A program made the translations under genes and the position numbers. The notes beneath the pieces were generated by a model, which saw nothing but the letters and a program-made list of their open reading frames with translations, did not search any database and was not told the DNA's origin. 64,000 nucleotides of DNA from Pseudovirgaria hyperparasitica (lineage: Eukaryota): NCBI GenBank assembly GCA_010093815.1, contig ML996571.1; one strand, given 5' to 3'. Shown here one piece after another: positions 1-12,720 of this stretch. The first letter of the stretch is position 1. Every line of letters begins with the position of its first letter.

Positions 1-267
1 GGCTGCTCCTTTCCGATCATTTGGCATTTCCATTCTATGCTCATTTCACCGGGCCAACCCCCAATAGCACAGATTCACAGCTTTTAGATCGCGACGACAT
101 CAGTCACTGCTATCTCAATACAGTATACCACGCTCGCGCACTGTCCAGCTTCTACGCTCTCTCTCGTCGAATTCTCCGCCGCCAGTTAGATTTCCTCCGA
201 TAACGTCCACACCTGGTTTCTACACCAAATGCTGGCATAGAGTACAATTATACGAATCGCTCTAGCG

Positions 268-3200
268 ATGCCTGATTCCCAGACTTCGGCCGCTCTTGTC
301 GGTATTCTCTCCAACCTCGCCAAATCACACGATCCTTCACAAGACACCACATTTTCAGGACGCATAGCTGCAAATGGAACTCGGCAGTCCAAGATTCAGC
401 TGCCTGGCCCTGACGACCCAGAGAAACAGACGCTTGAACGTGAGCTGTCAAAATTAGCCGCCCGCATCTCTTATCTCGAAGCCAAAGCGAACGCAGTCAA
501 CGAACGCGCATTTCCTCTTACACCCAGCGAACCTCTTTCGTCTCCATTCAACCCAGATACCTCAGCTATCTCCGGCCGTAGTGCCCCTCCTGCCTTCACA
601 CGGTCTCAAACTGGGGCCACGAAAGAACAGAAGGCACAATGGGTCTCGAACTGGCTTGCTTCGAGGGACGAAGCCGACCAGCCTCCAAGTCAGGTCACTG
701 CTCTGACGGAAGAACAATTGAGCTACCTGCGAGACCACGTAAGCAAACAAGCGGAACAAATCCGTAGTCAACGAGAACACATTGAAGAGCTGCACAATGA
801 AGTCAAAACTACACTGGAAAGCCAGAATCGAGAGGTCAAGGAGAGCGTGGATGATATTGACGCTCTGAAAAGAGAGCTTGCGAAACATCAGCAGGCCAAC
901 CTTGCCTTCCAGAAAGCTCTACGTGAAATTGGAAACATTGTCACTGCTGTCGCCAACGGTGATCTCAGTTGCAAAGTTCTCATACACGCAAAAGAGATGG
1001 ACCCAGAAATTACTGTGTTCAAGCGCACTATCAACACTATGGTGGACCAGCTTCAAGATTTCGCCAGCCAAGTGACGCACCTTGCAAAGGAAGTCGGCAC
1101 CGAAGGCAGACTTGGTGGCCAAGCTTGTCTTCCTGGCCTCGGAGGTATTTGGGCTGAATTGACCGACAGCGGTATGTTGACGATCAGGCTTGTTTTGATA
1201 CCTGTCTAACCCTATCTAGTCAACGTTATGGCGAAGAATCTCACCGATCAAGTGCGAGAAATCGCTGTAGTAACAACTGCGGTAGCGGATGGCGACCTCA
1301 GTCGTAAGATCGAGCGTCCCGCACGTGGCGAAATTCTCCAGCTACAGCAGACTATCAACACTATGGTGGATCAGCTCCGTTCTTTTGCTACTGAAGTTTC
1401 AAGAGTCGCCAAGGATGTCGGCACTGAAGGTGTTCTCGGTGGCCAAGCTCAAATTGAGGGCGTCAAAGGCATGTGGAACGATCTGACAATCAACGTCAAT
1501 GCGATGGCCTTCAATCTCACGACACAAGTGCGCGACATTGCTGAAGTTACCACTGCCGTGGCTCAAGGAGATCTCACACGTAAGGTTCATGCTGAGTGCA
1601 AGGGAGAAATCCTCGAACTCAAAATAACCATCAATTCTATGGTGGAACAATTGCAGCAATTTGCACATGAAGTGACGAAAATTGCGCGAGAAGTCGGTAC
1701 TGAAGGCCAACTCGGTGGACAAGCCACTGTACATGGCGTCAAGGGCACATGGGCAGAACTCACTGAGAATGTGAACGGCATGGCCATGAACCTAACTACA
1801 CAGGTGCGCGAGATCGCAGAAGTGACAACTGCTGTCGCCAGGGGTGATCTCAGCAAGAAGGTTAATGCAGAGGTGCAAGGCGAGATTTTGGAACTGAAGA
1901 GCACCATCAACACCATGGTGGACAGATTGAGCACATTTGCCTTTGAGGTCAGCAAAGTAGCTCGCGAAGTCGGTACTGAGGGTCAGTTAGGAGGCCAGGC
2001 CGAAGTGAGGAATGTGGAGGGTAAATGGAAAGATTTGACGGACAACGTCAACACAATGGCCAAGAACTTGACTTCCCAGGTCCGTAGTATCTCCCAAGTC
2101 ACGCAAGCTATCGCACAAGGAGACATGAGCAAGCGAGTGTCGGTGAATGCCGAAGGCGAGATTCGTCTGTTGAAAGACACCATCAACGATATGGTGGGTC
2201 GTCTTGACGACTGGTCCCTGGCTGTCAAGCGTGTCGCACGAGACGTGGGCGTAGACGGCAAGATGGGTGGTCAGGCTGATGTTGATGGCATCGCTGGTCG
2301 CTGGAAAGAAATTACCACCGATGTCAACACAATGGCACAGAATTTGACATCCCAAGTGCGCGCCTTCGGGGATATTACAAATGCTGCCATGGAAGGAAAA
2401 TTCACACAGATCACTGTGGAAGCGTCTGGAGAAATGGACGAGCTCAAGCGCAAAATCAACCAGATGGTTGCCAGTCTACGTGAAAGTATTCAGAGAAATA
2501 CTGCAGCCAGAGAGGCTGCCGAACTCGCCAACAAGACCAAGTCTGAATTCCTTGCCAACATGTCACACGAGATTCGGACGCCCATGAATGGCATCATCGG
2601 AATGACGCAGCTCACACTCGATACGGATCTTACCCATGCTCAACGAGAGATGTTGACAATCGTGCACAACTTGGCTGGTCAACTTCTTACTATCATTGAC
2701 GATATTCTGGACATCTCAAAGATCGAGGCGAATCGTATGGTCATGGAGGAAATCCCATTCTCACTGCGTGGTACCATCTTCAACGCGCTGAAGTCACTGG
2801 CTTCGCGTGCGAACGAATCGAAGCTGAATCTGGCGTATGAGGTCGATAACACTGTGCCAGACTATGTAATTGGCGATTCTTTCCGCCTGCGACAGATCAT
2901 CCTCAATCTGGTCGGCAATGCCATCAAGTTTACCGAGGGTGGCACAGTTAAGGTCGCTATTGACGCCGGCGACCAGGTGAATTGCAGTCCTGACCAGTAT
3001 ATGTTCAAAGTTGTTGTATCCGATACTGGAATTGGTATCAAGCGAGATAAACTCAATCTGATCTTTGATACGTTCCAGCAAGCTGACGGTTCTACCACGC
3101 GAAAGTTCGGTGGAACCGGCCTTGGACTATCAATCTCAAGGCGACTAGTCACTCTTATGGGTGGAAGAATGTGGGTGGAATCTGAGTATGGAGTAGGAAG

Positions 3201-4425
3201 CCAGTTCTACTTTACCGTCAGGGTACGTTTCGGCAATCCTGATGTCAGCGTGCTTGCACAGAACCTGCACCCGTACAAGCAACACAATGTCCTCTTCCTC
3301 GACCAAGGCCACACCAATTATGGCAAAGATATCGCACAGCATCTCAGGGCACTCGAGCTCACCCCCCACATCATTAAAGCGGAGGACAACATCCCGATTC
3401 AAGAACTACATGCCGCCATCGGTAACGCTTACGATTGCATTATCGTTGACTCCAATATGACCGCTCGAAAACTGCGTAACGCCGAACGCTTCAAGTATAT
3501 CCCTCTTGTGATGGTCACGCACCGAGTTTCCGTCGGTCTGAAGTCCGCACTCGAGGACGGCATTTCCAGTTACATGACCGTACCATGTCTATCGATTGAT
3601 CTTGGCAATGCTCTCATTCCCGCACTCGATGGCCGTGCCGCGCCATCTGTGTCGGACCACTCCAGGTCATTTGACATTCTTCTCGCAGAAGATAATTCAG
3701 TCAACCAAAAATTGGCTGTCAAGATTCTCGAAAAATATCATCACACGGTAACTGTCGCAAACAACGGTCTTGAAGCTCTGGAGCACGTTAAGCTGAAGCA
3801 CTATGATGTGGTGCTCATGGACGTGCAGATGCCTGTCATGGTGAGACGAGCTTCCTGTATATATGCTTTTCCATGTACTAACTATATCGTCAGGGTGGGT
3901 TTGAAGCGACTGGTAATATCCGAAAGTGGGAGCGAGAGAATGGTATGGAGCGAACTCCTGTCATTGCACTCACGGCACACGCCATGGTCGGCGATCGCGA
4001 AAAATGCCTTGAAGCTGAGATGGATGACTACCTATCGAAGCCTCTCAAACAAGCACAACTGATACAGACTATTTTGCGTTGCGCTACCTTTCCACAACCC
4101 AGGAAAGAGCACGATAGCGGAAGCACGTCGAAGCAAGATTCCGAACCTCCAAGCCCAAACAGTGGCAGAAACTCTCTGAACCCAAGTAGCGCAAGGAGGC
4201 CCGGCATCGAGCCCAGAGGATATACCGAAACGGGTGGCCAGAGCAGCCCAAAGCTCTTGGCTACAGATCAAACAGATCAGGTTGATAGAGTGAGTGGCGG
4301 CTCTCCCGATCCTCCTCCTCCTTCCACCGGTTTTTTCGGCTCAATGCTCACTGCTATCGGTCTTCGTCGTTGAAATCATTGCTAACGCTCAGTCGTAGCT
4401 TTTGATCCGGTCACACAGCGGCTAA
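268..4425 (+). CDS. NIK1: Group III hybrid histidine kinase (NIK1/OS-1/NikA family; poly-HAMP, HisKA, HATPase, receiver). Predicted introns 1172-1219, 3841-3893, 4290-4398
   Basis: Five complete ~92-aa HAMP repeats (G.LGGQA...GxW..LT.NVN.MA.NLT.QVR) plus a partial sixth; H-box [17 protein letters not shown]-box [17 protein letters not shown]-boxes DTGIGI and FGGTGLGL; receiver LAEDN...LMDVQMP...ALTAHA...DDYLSKP. Splice junctions checked in frame; last exon LLIRSHSG*. Confidence 0.96.
930..2480 (+). repeat. Coding tandem repeats (~276-nt period) encoding the HAMP array of the histidine kinase
   Basis: Recurring nucleotide motifs such as gtcgg(c/t)ac(c/t)gaagg and atcaacac(t/c)atggtgga at ~276-nt spacing; boundaries approximate. 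Confidence 0.85.
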
Positions 4426-5904
4426 AGATGTGATCATCCTCTGCTATCTCTCTTTCGCATACTCGTCGACACATATCATGATCACCAAATACTGCGACCG
4501 TCTCGCAGCTATCGCCCCCGATCTACCCCAAAGCTGTGCGCCTGGACGACTCTTTCGTGTCTATGCCTTTCCTCTTGCGATCAATCCATCATCATACCTC
4601 GGTGTACAGGCGTTGATGATTGACATTATATGTCTATGATTTTTGTTATAGGGCTTGGGCTGGAGTTCCACCCGCGAATGCCAACGCGGCGGTTCCGCAA
4701 ACTGCAGTCCTTGGCCATTTCCTTTCTGCTCTCTCTCTTGGGACCTGGGCTCTGTATTTCTTCTGGTTGGAGAAGGGGGTTAGGTTCGTAGACGGAGAAC
4801 AATGTTCCCTTCATCTGCCAAAATGGCGCTCCCTACTACAATACCTAGTATTGCTGGTTGTGCCAGTCGCTCACTCCCTGTCGGACTCAGGTTCTCCCCC
4901 GCGGTAGTGAAGTCGGGTCCATGTTATGTTTTGAGCGTTCTTGCTTATTGGTTCACATGTATTCGATTTTTTTGACGGACGAGTGTGGGCATATTGTGTG
5001 GCATGGGGAGACGGGAGACAAGGGGGGAACGGAAATTCCGGACTGGGCGATGATGTGTCTGATGTCTGTTCCTCACGTCGGCATTGTGTTTTTCAAGCAG
5101 CCAGCAACCAGTAAAGTGCGAAAGGGTATTGCGCATACGCCACGGCGAATCGGACTGGTTCTAGCAAGTAATCAATCAACGAATGATCGAATCCAAACTA
5201 TGTTGGGTCAGAATATTCCTAGTCTTGTTTTCTTCGGATCGTGGTTTCATGGTGATTTCGTGGTGATTTTGTCATGTCATGGTGTTCTGCGTCGTGCGTG
5301 TTCGTGTATCTGTCTGTCTGTCTATCTACCTAGCTTTCGACGTATACGTACGTTGTATCTGGCAAAACGCATCAGACTCCAATCTAAAAAGTCTAGTCAA
5401 CCTTCCATCTCCCTCCCAGCAAGCCATCGACTTAGCAGCCTGAAAAGCAACCACCCCGACATCTGCAAAACCCTCGTGATCCCCGTCCGTCAGTCCGGAA
5501 ACGTCGTGTATGAGAGAGCCAGCCTCGCTGTGCCCGGATCATTTCGCTCTTATGAACGAATACATCAGACTGTGGAGCAGTGATATACATACATGTCATG
5601 TCAGAATTGCAATTCGAATGACAGACGTAGTTCTCTGGAGACTAGCCATCACTCTATTTGTCAAAACAGCAGATGAACGGCGATTTATAGGAGAAAGGGG
5701 TCATGATTTGATTCATCCCGGTGCGTGCACACAGGACGACCGTTGATTACCTAAATTCGTTGGGGCCATCGATCCCATTGACTCGTTGACCACGCACGCC
5801 AGAACAAGATCGATACCCAAGCACCGCGCTATGCATTTTATTCACACACACACACACATTTACCACCCCAGTGCCATGAGCACATCATTCCTATAAAATT
5901 GCAA

Positions 5905-7889
5905 TCACTCCTCCTGTTCGTTCCAGCCCTCTTCTTCCTTGCGCATATACTCGCGCATGATTTCTTCCTTAAAGATGCTCTCCTCGGGCAGTTTCGCCTT
6001 TCCATAATCGACGACCGGACCGATGACGCTGTTCCACGTAGCCTTTCTGTCCATGAGCATACGAATGGGCTCACCGACGGCAGGTCGTTGTGTGCCACCG
6101 GCAACCGGGTGACTGCCACCGCCCGCGCCGCCGGGGCGTTTCTGGATCTTCTTGCCCTTGCCCATGTTCCGGTTGCGCTTGAGATAGGCGGCGTTGAGCT
6201 GGTTGTCGAGGTCGTCGGCGATCTGCTGGTATTCCTGCATTGCCATGCGATCCGAGGTCAGCTCGCTGATGCGAGCTTTGCGCGCGCCATTAATGATGGA
6301 TTGTTTTCTTAGTTCGGACTGAAGCAGGCGCAGGCGAGCGGCTACTTCATCGTCGTAGTGGCCGACGTAGTTTGGAGTGTCTTCCGGTGCCAAGAAACCT
6401 ATGTACCGTAGCTCCTGCAACATTCGATCGTCGAGACTTTGGTAGTCGCCTTTGCCGACCTGAGGTGGAGCTTTCCAGCCGGGAGCCTCGGACTCTGGCA
6501 TATGTGTTGCAGGAGAGAGACCATTCGGTGGCTGTTGTGTTTCTCCGTCGATATCCATAGCGCCGGAGTCACCGTTGACGCCGTTGGGCTCGTTGGTAGA
6601 CTCGCGTCGCTCGGGCCTAAGCGTGGCGAGCAGACGGGATACGACCGGGCCTACCGAGATGTTGTTTTGCTCTAGCTGGTCATCGCCCATCTGATCGTAT
6701 GAGCCGCGAGGGTCGTACGGAGGATAATGTTCGGATGACGGGTCAATTGCCATTCCTCCGTCTTCCTCAGCCCATATCTCTTTGTAGCTGCGAGGACCGC
6801 GCGGTGGGAGGACAAAGGGGGTTATGCGGTCACCCTACATATGGTCAGCTATAATGCAGGAAGGGCTTGTATTGAAACGTACTCTTTCCTTGAGAAATGC
6901 TGCATCTTCTTCGGTCAGTGGCCGAATGTATGGTTCAACATAATGTCCGAACGCCGTCGCTGTTACCTGCGACTGGGCCTTTCCAGCACTGAAGTCTTGG
7001 TCCGGCGGAGTGCCAGCAGTGAGGTCGTGCAGGTCGCTCTTCGGGAAAACGTTCACACACAGAATCTCTTTCTTCTCTTCGTCGGACATGCCGGGTGTGA
7101 TATCTCGGATATGGTATACAGTGGGATCATCGAACTCGACTGGATTTGGACCAAAGGTTTGGAACTTGGGAACTGGTTTCATTGGAGGTGGTTGATGCGA
7201 GGCATCAGAATTCGTTGGTGAGGGGGCTCCATCTGCTGGAGCGGTGCCTGCGGAGGGTGGAGCTTGGGACACGGGAGATGATATCGAAGAAGAGGTTTCT
7301 GTATAATTTAGTGTGTGACACTTGGTACTCAAAGCAGGCCATATGTCTTGGGGCGAGCCTGTCTGAGATCCGGCGTAGAGAGTGCACCAAACATACCTTT
7401 GTGAACATCAACACCATCTTGCCTCGCCAGGCCGTGGGCCCCAACTGCCAGTGGCCGATCCTCTGAGGCTCGTTTACTCATCTTCTTGAGCTTGCGCTTC
7501 CTCTCTTCGGCCTCTAGATTCTGGCTCTCTTTGTTCCGCTCTTGCTCCTCATGCTCCTTCCTCTTCGCCGTGACTTCCCTCAGCGCACGGTCGCAAGTTT
7601 CTCCGCGTTGTTTCAACTGGTTCACAAATGAATCTTTAATCTTGTCTTGCATGGATCCAAGAGCAACCGAGCTAGGGATGTTTGGGCTGGTGCCATTTCT
7701 ATCCAATACATCTTCGAGTGTTATGGTGGGGTTCACAATAAGAGGGTTGAGTGAAGTGTTAAGGTACAGGCTTGTGTGGGTCGGCTCAACAGTGACGGAA
7801 ACTGGAACCGGAGTTGTGTTTCGTGACTTGGAACGACGGTCGCGCCCATGCGATTTGCTCGGCTTGCTTTTATCACTTGTCGGAGCCAT
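5905..7889 (-). CDS. NGG1: SAGA/ADA histone acetyltransferase complex subunit Ada3/Ngg1; introns near 7286-7396 and 6835-6882
   Basis: RPLAVGAHGLARQDG; PKSDLHDLTAGTPPDQDFS; EPYIRPLTEEDAAFLKER; DDEVAARLRLLQSELRKQSIINGARKARI, typical of the Ada3 domain. ATG at 7889. Confidence 0.9.
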
Positions 7890-9097
7890 GTGGAAGAGGA
7901 GGGGGATCGGATTCGCTTGGGCGGACACAGAGCGGTCTCAAAGCGACAGAATACGAGATATTTGACCAGCGCTCCTTGACTATCGCAGTACAGTGAAGGT
8001 CAAGCAGTCAAAGGCGTGTATTTGCTGCCGATCCGCCAAATTCGAGTGGCCGAGCGAAGTGTGAAAGTGTCCACGATGCGCACGCGCTGACAGTCTGCCG
8101 TTGCACTGAGACTAAGCCTGATTAGTGGTTTTGATGCCTAAGGCGACAAGGCCTATAGGCTGCATTGACAGGCATCTGCGGTTTATCGTCTACCGTCATC
8201 CGCAACGTTCGAGGTTTGACGGAACGCACATCATGGCAAGAAACAAAGCTCTCACAGGTGTAAGATATCCATGAAGAGTTCATGAGAGAGACCCACGCTT
8301 GTCTCTCATTCCACAGCGCAGATAAATGCTGGCAGTGGTAATTGAGCCTTTGATATACTATGTCCAGCTTTGAGATGACAGATGATGCCCCCCGGAACGA
8401 ATAGTGCGGAGTAAATAGCGAGGTAGGTTTGCACGACCCACGATCCACGACCCCAGCGGAGACGGCAGAGCAACCGGCTGTGACCACATTACACAAACAT
8501 GGGTCATGATCCTGACCATGTGAGGGGCCACGCGAGCTGCTCTGGTGTCCTGTACAATCCACACAGCAGACTGTTTATCTCGGTCCAGTCTGATGCCTTG
8601 ATGTTTGATGTGAGGTATCTCTTGAAACCTGCCCGAGTGAATTGCATGTTGCAGGAAGGAAGACTATAATTGGAAAAGACAGCCAAGGACTGAAAAGACC
8701 GAGACCTTCCGGAGCGATGGAAGTGGAGCCAGCGCTAAATGGTGGCACGACCTGAACAGTCCGGGAGGGTGGTCCTGTCCGTCCATAAGATCAGTGATGC
8801 TCTAGTATACCCGTGGACAAGGCATCGAGAATGTGTACAGAGGAGAAGCCAGAGTATAATCATTACGATCATCCAAGTCGTTAGCTGAAATGAAAGTGGA
8901 CTCGTCGACTTGGCCTTACGGCTTGGCAACCCCAGATAAAAAAGCTTGTTTATCGGCGCTTGGGACATTATGCGCCAATGCAACTGTCTCCGTCAACCGT
9001 GTTCCGTGCGAGCTACCCCGGGGAGACGGGCGTGGGCGTTCGGCCGCGATTCACTCTGCCTCCCTTACCGCCGCCGCCCACCACCCGTCGCTCACCC

Positions 9098-9132
9098 TCT
9101 CACTCACACACACTCTCTCTCTCTCACATCTC
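9098..9132. repeat. (CA)/(CT) microsatellite in the putative 5' leader of the RING gene
   Basis: ctctcactcacacacactctctctctctcacatctct. Confidence 0.7.
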
Positions 9133-9400
9133 TGTATACGTCCTTGTCCCTCCTCGTACCAGTCTTCTATCCCAGATCCCTGACTGTCGCGTGCTTGCAA
9201 CCACTATTTCTGCATATTCCTCATTTGTCGCTCGCTCAGCCTTTCTTTTTCCCCCAGCAGAGCATCCGGATGGCTCTGTCAATTTGAACGCCTTCCGCCA
9301 CCACCACGCTATCGTTCCATACTGATGCCGCTGTAATACCTCCATCACAATGCGCATTTGTTCTCGCAAACTTCCCTTATCTCGGTAGTAATTCCTCGAA

Positions 9401-11219
9401 ATGACTGCTCAGGCCGTCAGCTTCTTTACCATCGCCTTCCCAGACCCCTCACTCCCGACCACTGAATCAGATCAATATGACACACTGAACGTATGTCCAT
9501 ACAGCACCGTTGAAGCGAGAACCATGTTGCTGACCATAATGTCCGATAGTCATCCGTTGCCTTTCAATTCGGGTTTGCAAATAACATCCGAACTCTATCT
9601 ACAAACAACGTGCCTAATACCGACGGCGTCAAAGGCCTCCTCTACGTTCCCGACCTAACTACAGACGAATGCAAGAATGAAACTTCTTCATTAATCCCCG
9701 CGAATGCCACTCGACGAGAAAATCTCCCAGACGGAAACTATATACTCATAGGCCTTGCGCCATGGACCCGTCCCCAGTGTGTGCTGGAATTCCTCAATGG
9801 CACAAGCGGTTCTGCCATACATGGATTCATATTCTATCTACCCAACAATGGAACACAAATACCACCCTTGCCAAACGATCCCGTCTGGGGCCTAAATGAT
9901 GGAGGTCAATGGAAGAAGAATAACAGATTCCCTGTATGGACGATTCCTGGCTTGTATGGTGCAACTACAATGAACCAACTGGGGCTCTATTCTGGGAACC
10001 TTACGCAAGTACCACACGGTCACCAACTTGCAGATACATATCCGCCAAGCGAATTCATCAGACTATACACAGTCATTGGTATTGGTATGTTATGTTGAGA
10101 CCACATCGCTTTGTCTTTGATCCCTAATCAGCATCAGACAAATCGAACCCCCTCCCGAGCTTATGGGTCTTCCTCCTCATCACCCTGGGTCTACTCTTAC
10201 TCATCATAGGAACAACATCATTGTTCATGCACGTAATCCAACGAAAGCGTCGAAAGCTACTTCGACAGCGAATTGTTGATGGCGAAGTCGATTTGGAGGC
10301 TCTAGGAGTCAAGCGCCTCACTGTTCCGCAAGAAATTTTAGACAAGATGCCAATACATGCTTACAAAGCCGATGTTGTTTCCGAACCACTGAACCCTTCG
10401 AGAGAGACGGTCCTTCGGCAGAGCTCTGCCGAGTCAATTGCTGGCTGCGCATCGAGCCCGACGAGTTTGATAATTCCGAATCATGCGCAATCCAGTCTAT
10501 CTCAGCCGACATGCGCAATCTGTCTTGATGATTACATACCTGAAGAAACTCTAGTTCGCGAATTACCTTGTAGGCATATCTTCCATCCGGAATGTGTCGA
10601 TACGTTTTTGCTCAATAACTCTTCTCTTTGTCCAATGTGTAAACATTCGACCCTGCCGAGAGGTTACTGTCCGTCGGTAATTACGAACGCGATGGTGCGA
10701 CGTGAACGAATGGTCAGGAGACAACGAGAGCGTGCAGCTGCCAATGCTGCCAATGCTGCGATACCGCCGCCTGATGGTAGTGTCTCTCGTGTTCACACCG
10801 GCCCTAGTGCTGCAATGCGTCGGGCTCTGACAGGCATTAGTGGTCGACGAAGCCTCAACGCGTCTGATACACTCGGAGCAAACGGCAATATGACCACAGA
10901 CCATTCAGCTAATTCACATCGATCTGGTCGCGATATCGAGATGGCTACATCGATCCCCGTTCCCGCTCCAGTCCTATTGAACGCATCCTCAGGCACGAAC
11001 GACGAGCGGCCTACTCACTCAGCTCCTCCTGTTCATGCGACATATGATGAAGTTTGCCCGGTACCGAGCTCTGCGCCACCGCAAAGTCGAAGCGAATGGG
11101 CTCGAGGTCGAGCGATGCATCTGCTTGGACGTCATTCCCGTGTAGTCGACCCTGACGAAGAAGAGCGACACAGAGGTACTATCAAACGACTATGGAATCG
11201 TGTATTTCCCAGTTCATAA
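9401..11219 (+). CDS. Single-pass membrane RING-H2 E3 ubiquitin ligase (PA-like lumenal region, TM, RING); introns ~9491-9549 and ~10085-10130; start codon uncertain
   Basis: RING-H2 CAICLDDY...VRELPCRHIFHPECVDTFLLNNSSLCPMC; TM segment LPSLWVFLLITLGLLLLIIGTTSLFM followed by QRKRRKLLRQR; N-glycosylation sequons upstream of the TM. Confidence 0.85.
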
Positions 11220-11880
11220 TGCTCTTTAGCCTCAGATCTTCAGTCTGTTCTTGCTGTTTCACGAAGCGTAGTGGTCATGGCATATAAACTTTTTTGCACG
11301 ATTGTTCATGATTCATATCCTAGCGTACATATACCACGGTCGTCTGTTGTATTAGGTAGGTGCATTGGTGGACTATACGTATTTCTGATAGGAGGTGGCG
11401 GAGCTACATACCCCATGAGCTCGTTCTTGAGCTACGAGCGACGTTGCATTATTAATTCAGACTATACACATTCTTCCTCTACTATAATCATACTCACTCC
11501 TTGGAGCTGACTTACCCTCACTTGGGCGACATGCAACTTAGCTACCACTTTCAACATACATACTACTTACACCTCATGCGAAAGCTCCTGCATTCACCTG
11601 ACTTCGCAGCTATTTTTGACGCTACAGGCAATGGCATAGCAGGATCAATGACCGCCTCCGCTGACTGTAATCACTAGATGCACATGACAAGTCCACGAGT
11701 GTCTGTATATACTGTAATATTTCATTTGAAGGAGTGACAAGGTATCTGACCCATATTTCCAAGGAGCGTCCAGTAGTCCCACTTTTCCATCATAGACCGA
11801 TTCCCTTTGTTGCTCATCCTCATTTTTATTGCATTCTTTACCTCTTTAATTCCACGCGATATGGATGATTCATGATCAGG

Positions 11881-12576
11881 TTACGCCTCAACAGCGACCT
11901 CCTGCATCATCTCAACACCCTCTACACCGCGCATGATGCGCGAGATGGGCTGTGCCTCGCGCTTCGCCAGAACGCTTGAGATGGCGCTCAACAGGCTCTG
12001 GAGCAGGCCTGTGACCGTCGACGTGAGGGTCGAGATCTGGCTGGCGCCGGATGCGACAGCGGACGTGAGAGCGCTCAGGAGTGAGGAGACGCCGGAAGTC
12101 AGGGCCTGCACGGCGGTGTTCAATAGTGCTCCAGCACCCGGGATGTTCTTCAGAAGCGCGACCTTGGCGGTGAGGGAGGTGATGAGCGTCTGGGTCGCGG
12201 TGGTCATGCCAGTGAGCGCGGACAGGATGGCGGTCGTGTCGGTGGCGGAGGATACGGTGGGCAGTGTGCGGACGAGCCCGACGGCCGTGGTGGTTCCGGT
12301 GGTGACGGTGGTCAGGCCGGAAACGATTTGCTGTGGAGAGAGAGTGTGTTAGTGAGTATTCTGGTCTGGCAGGAGAGGGGAAGTGAGATAGGGACGGCTT
12401 ACAGGGAAGATGATGGCGGCGTTGGCAGAGGTGAGCTGGTTGACGGTGGTCTGGAGCGCTTTCACGCGTGTGGTCACATCGTTGAGGCCGGAAATGACAT
12501 CAGCAGCTGTTGCTGCCATGGTCACTGGCACGGACACGGCGACGGCGGCGGTGAAGATCTTCTTGAAGGAAACCAT
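11881..12576 (-). CDS. Secreted Cys-free Thr/Ala/Ser-rich helical protein, 207 aa (UVI-1/HsbA-like cell-surface protein suspected); intron 12331-12402
   Basis: Signal peptide MVSFKKIFTAAVAVSVPVTMA; GTAAG..CTAAC..CAG intron joins the two ORFs in frame; strong GC3 codon bias; family call is from recalled resemblance only. Confidence 0.8.
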
Positions 12577-12713
12577 TTTGAAGGGGGGTTTTGAAGTATC
12601 AACTGAAAGTGTTGAAAGACTTGAATTTGTGTGTGTGTTTGTGTTTGGAAGTTGTTGGAAGTGTTGGATCTGTTGCTGGATGAAGAATCAGATATTGGGG
12701 GATACCATGACCT

Positions 12714-12720
12714 TTTTATA
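12714..12720 (-). promoter_or_regulatory. TATA box of the secreted-protein gene
   Basis: TATAAAA on the minus strand ~140 nt upstream of the ATG, followed by a CA-rich leader. Confidence 0.55.

Noticed and set aside
1420..1460. GVLGGQA in HAMP repeat 2 as a dicarboximide-resistance allele
   Set aside because: Val at the position I recall as Ile365 in Botrytis is a conservative change, not the Ser/Asn/Arg resistance type.
930..2480. Periodic repeats as a CRISPR array or mobile element
   Set aside because: They are degenerate in-frame HAMP coding repeats in a eukaryotic gene.
4858..5583. 241-aa ORF downstream of NIK1
   Set aside because: Near-cognate start, no recognisable motifs, T/G-rich composition typical of a long 3' UTR; likely spurious.
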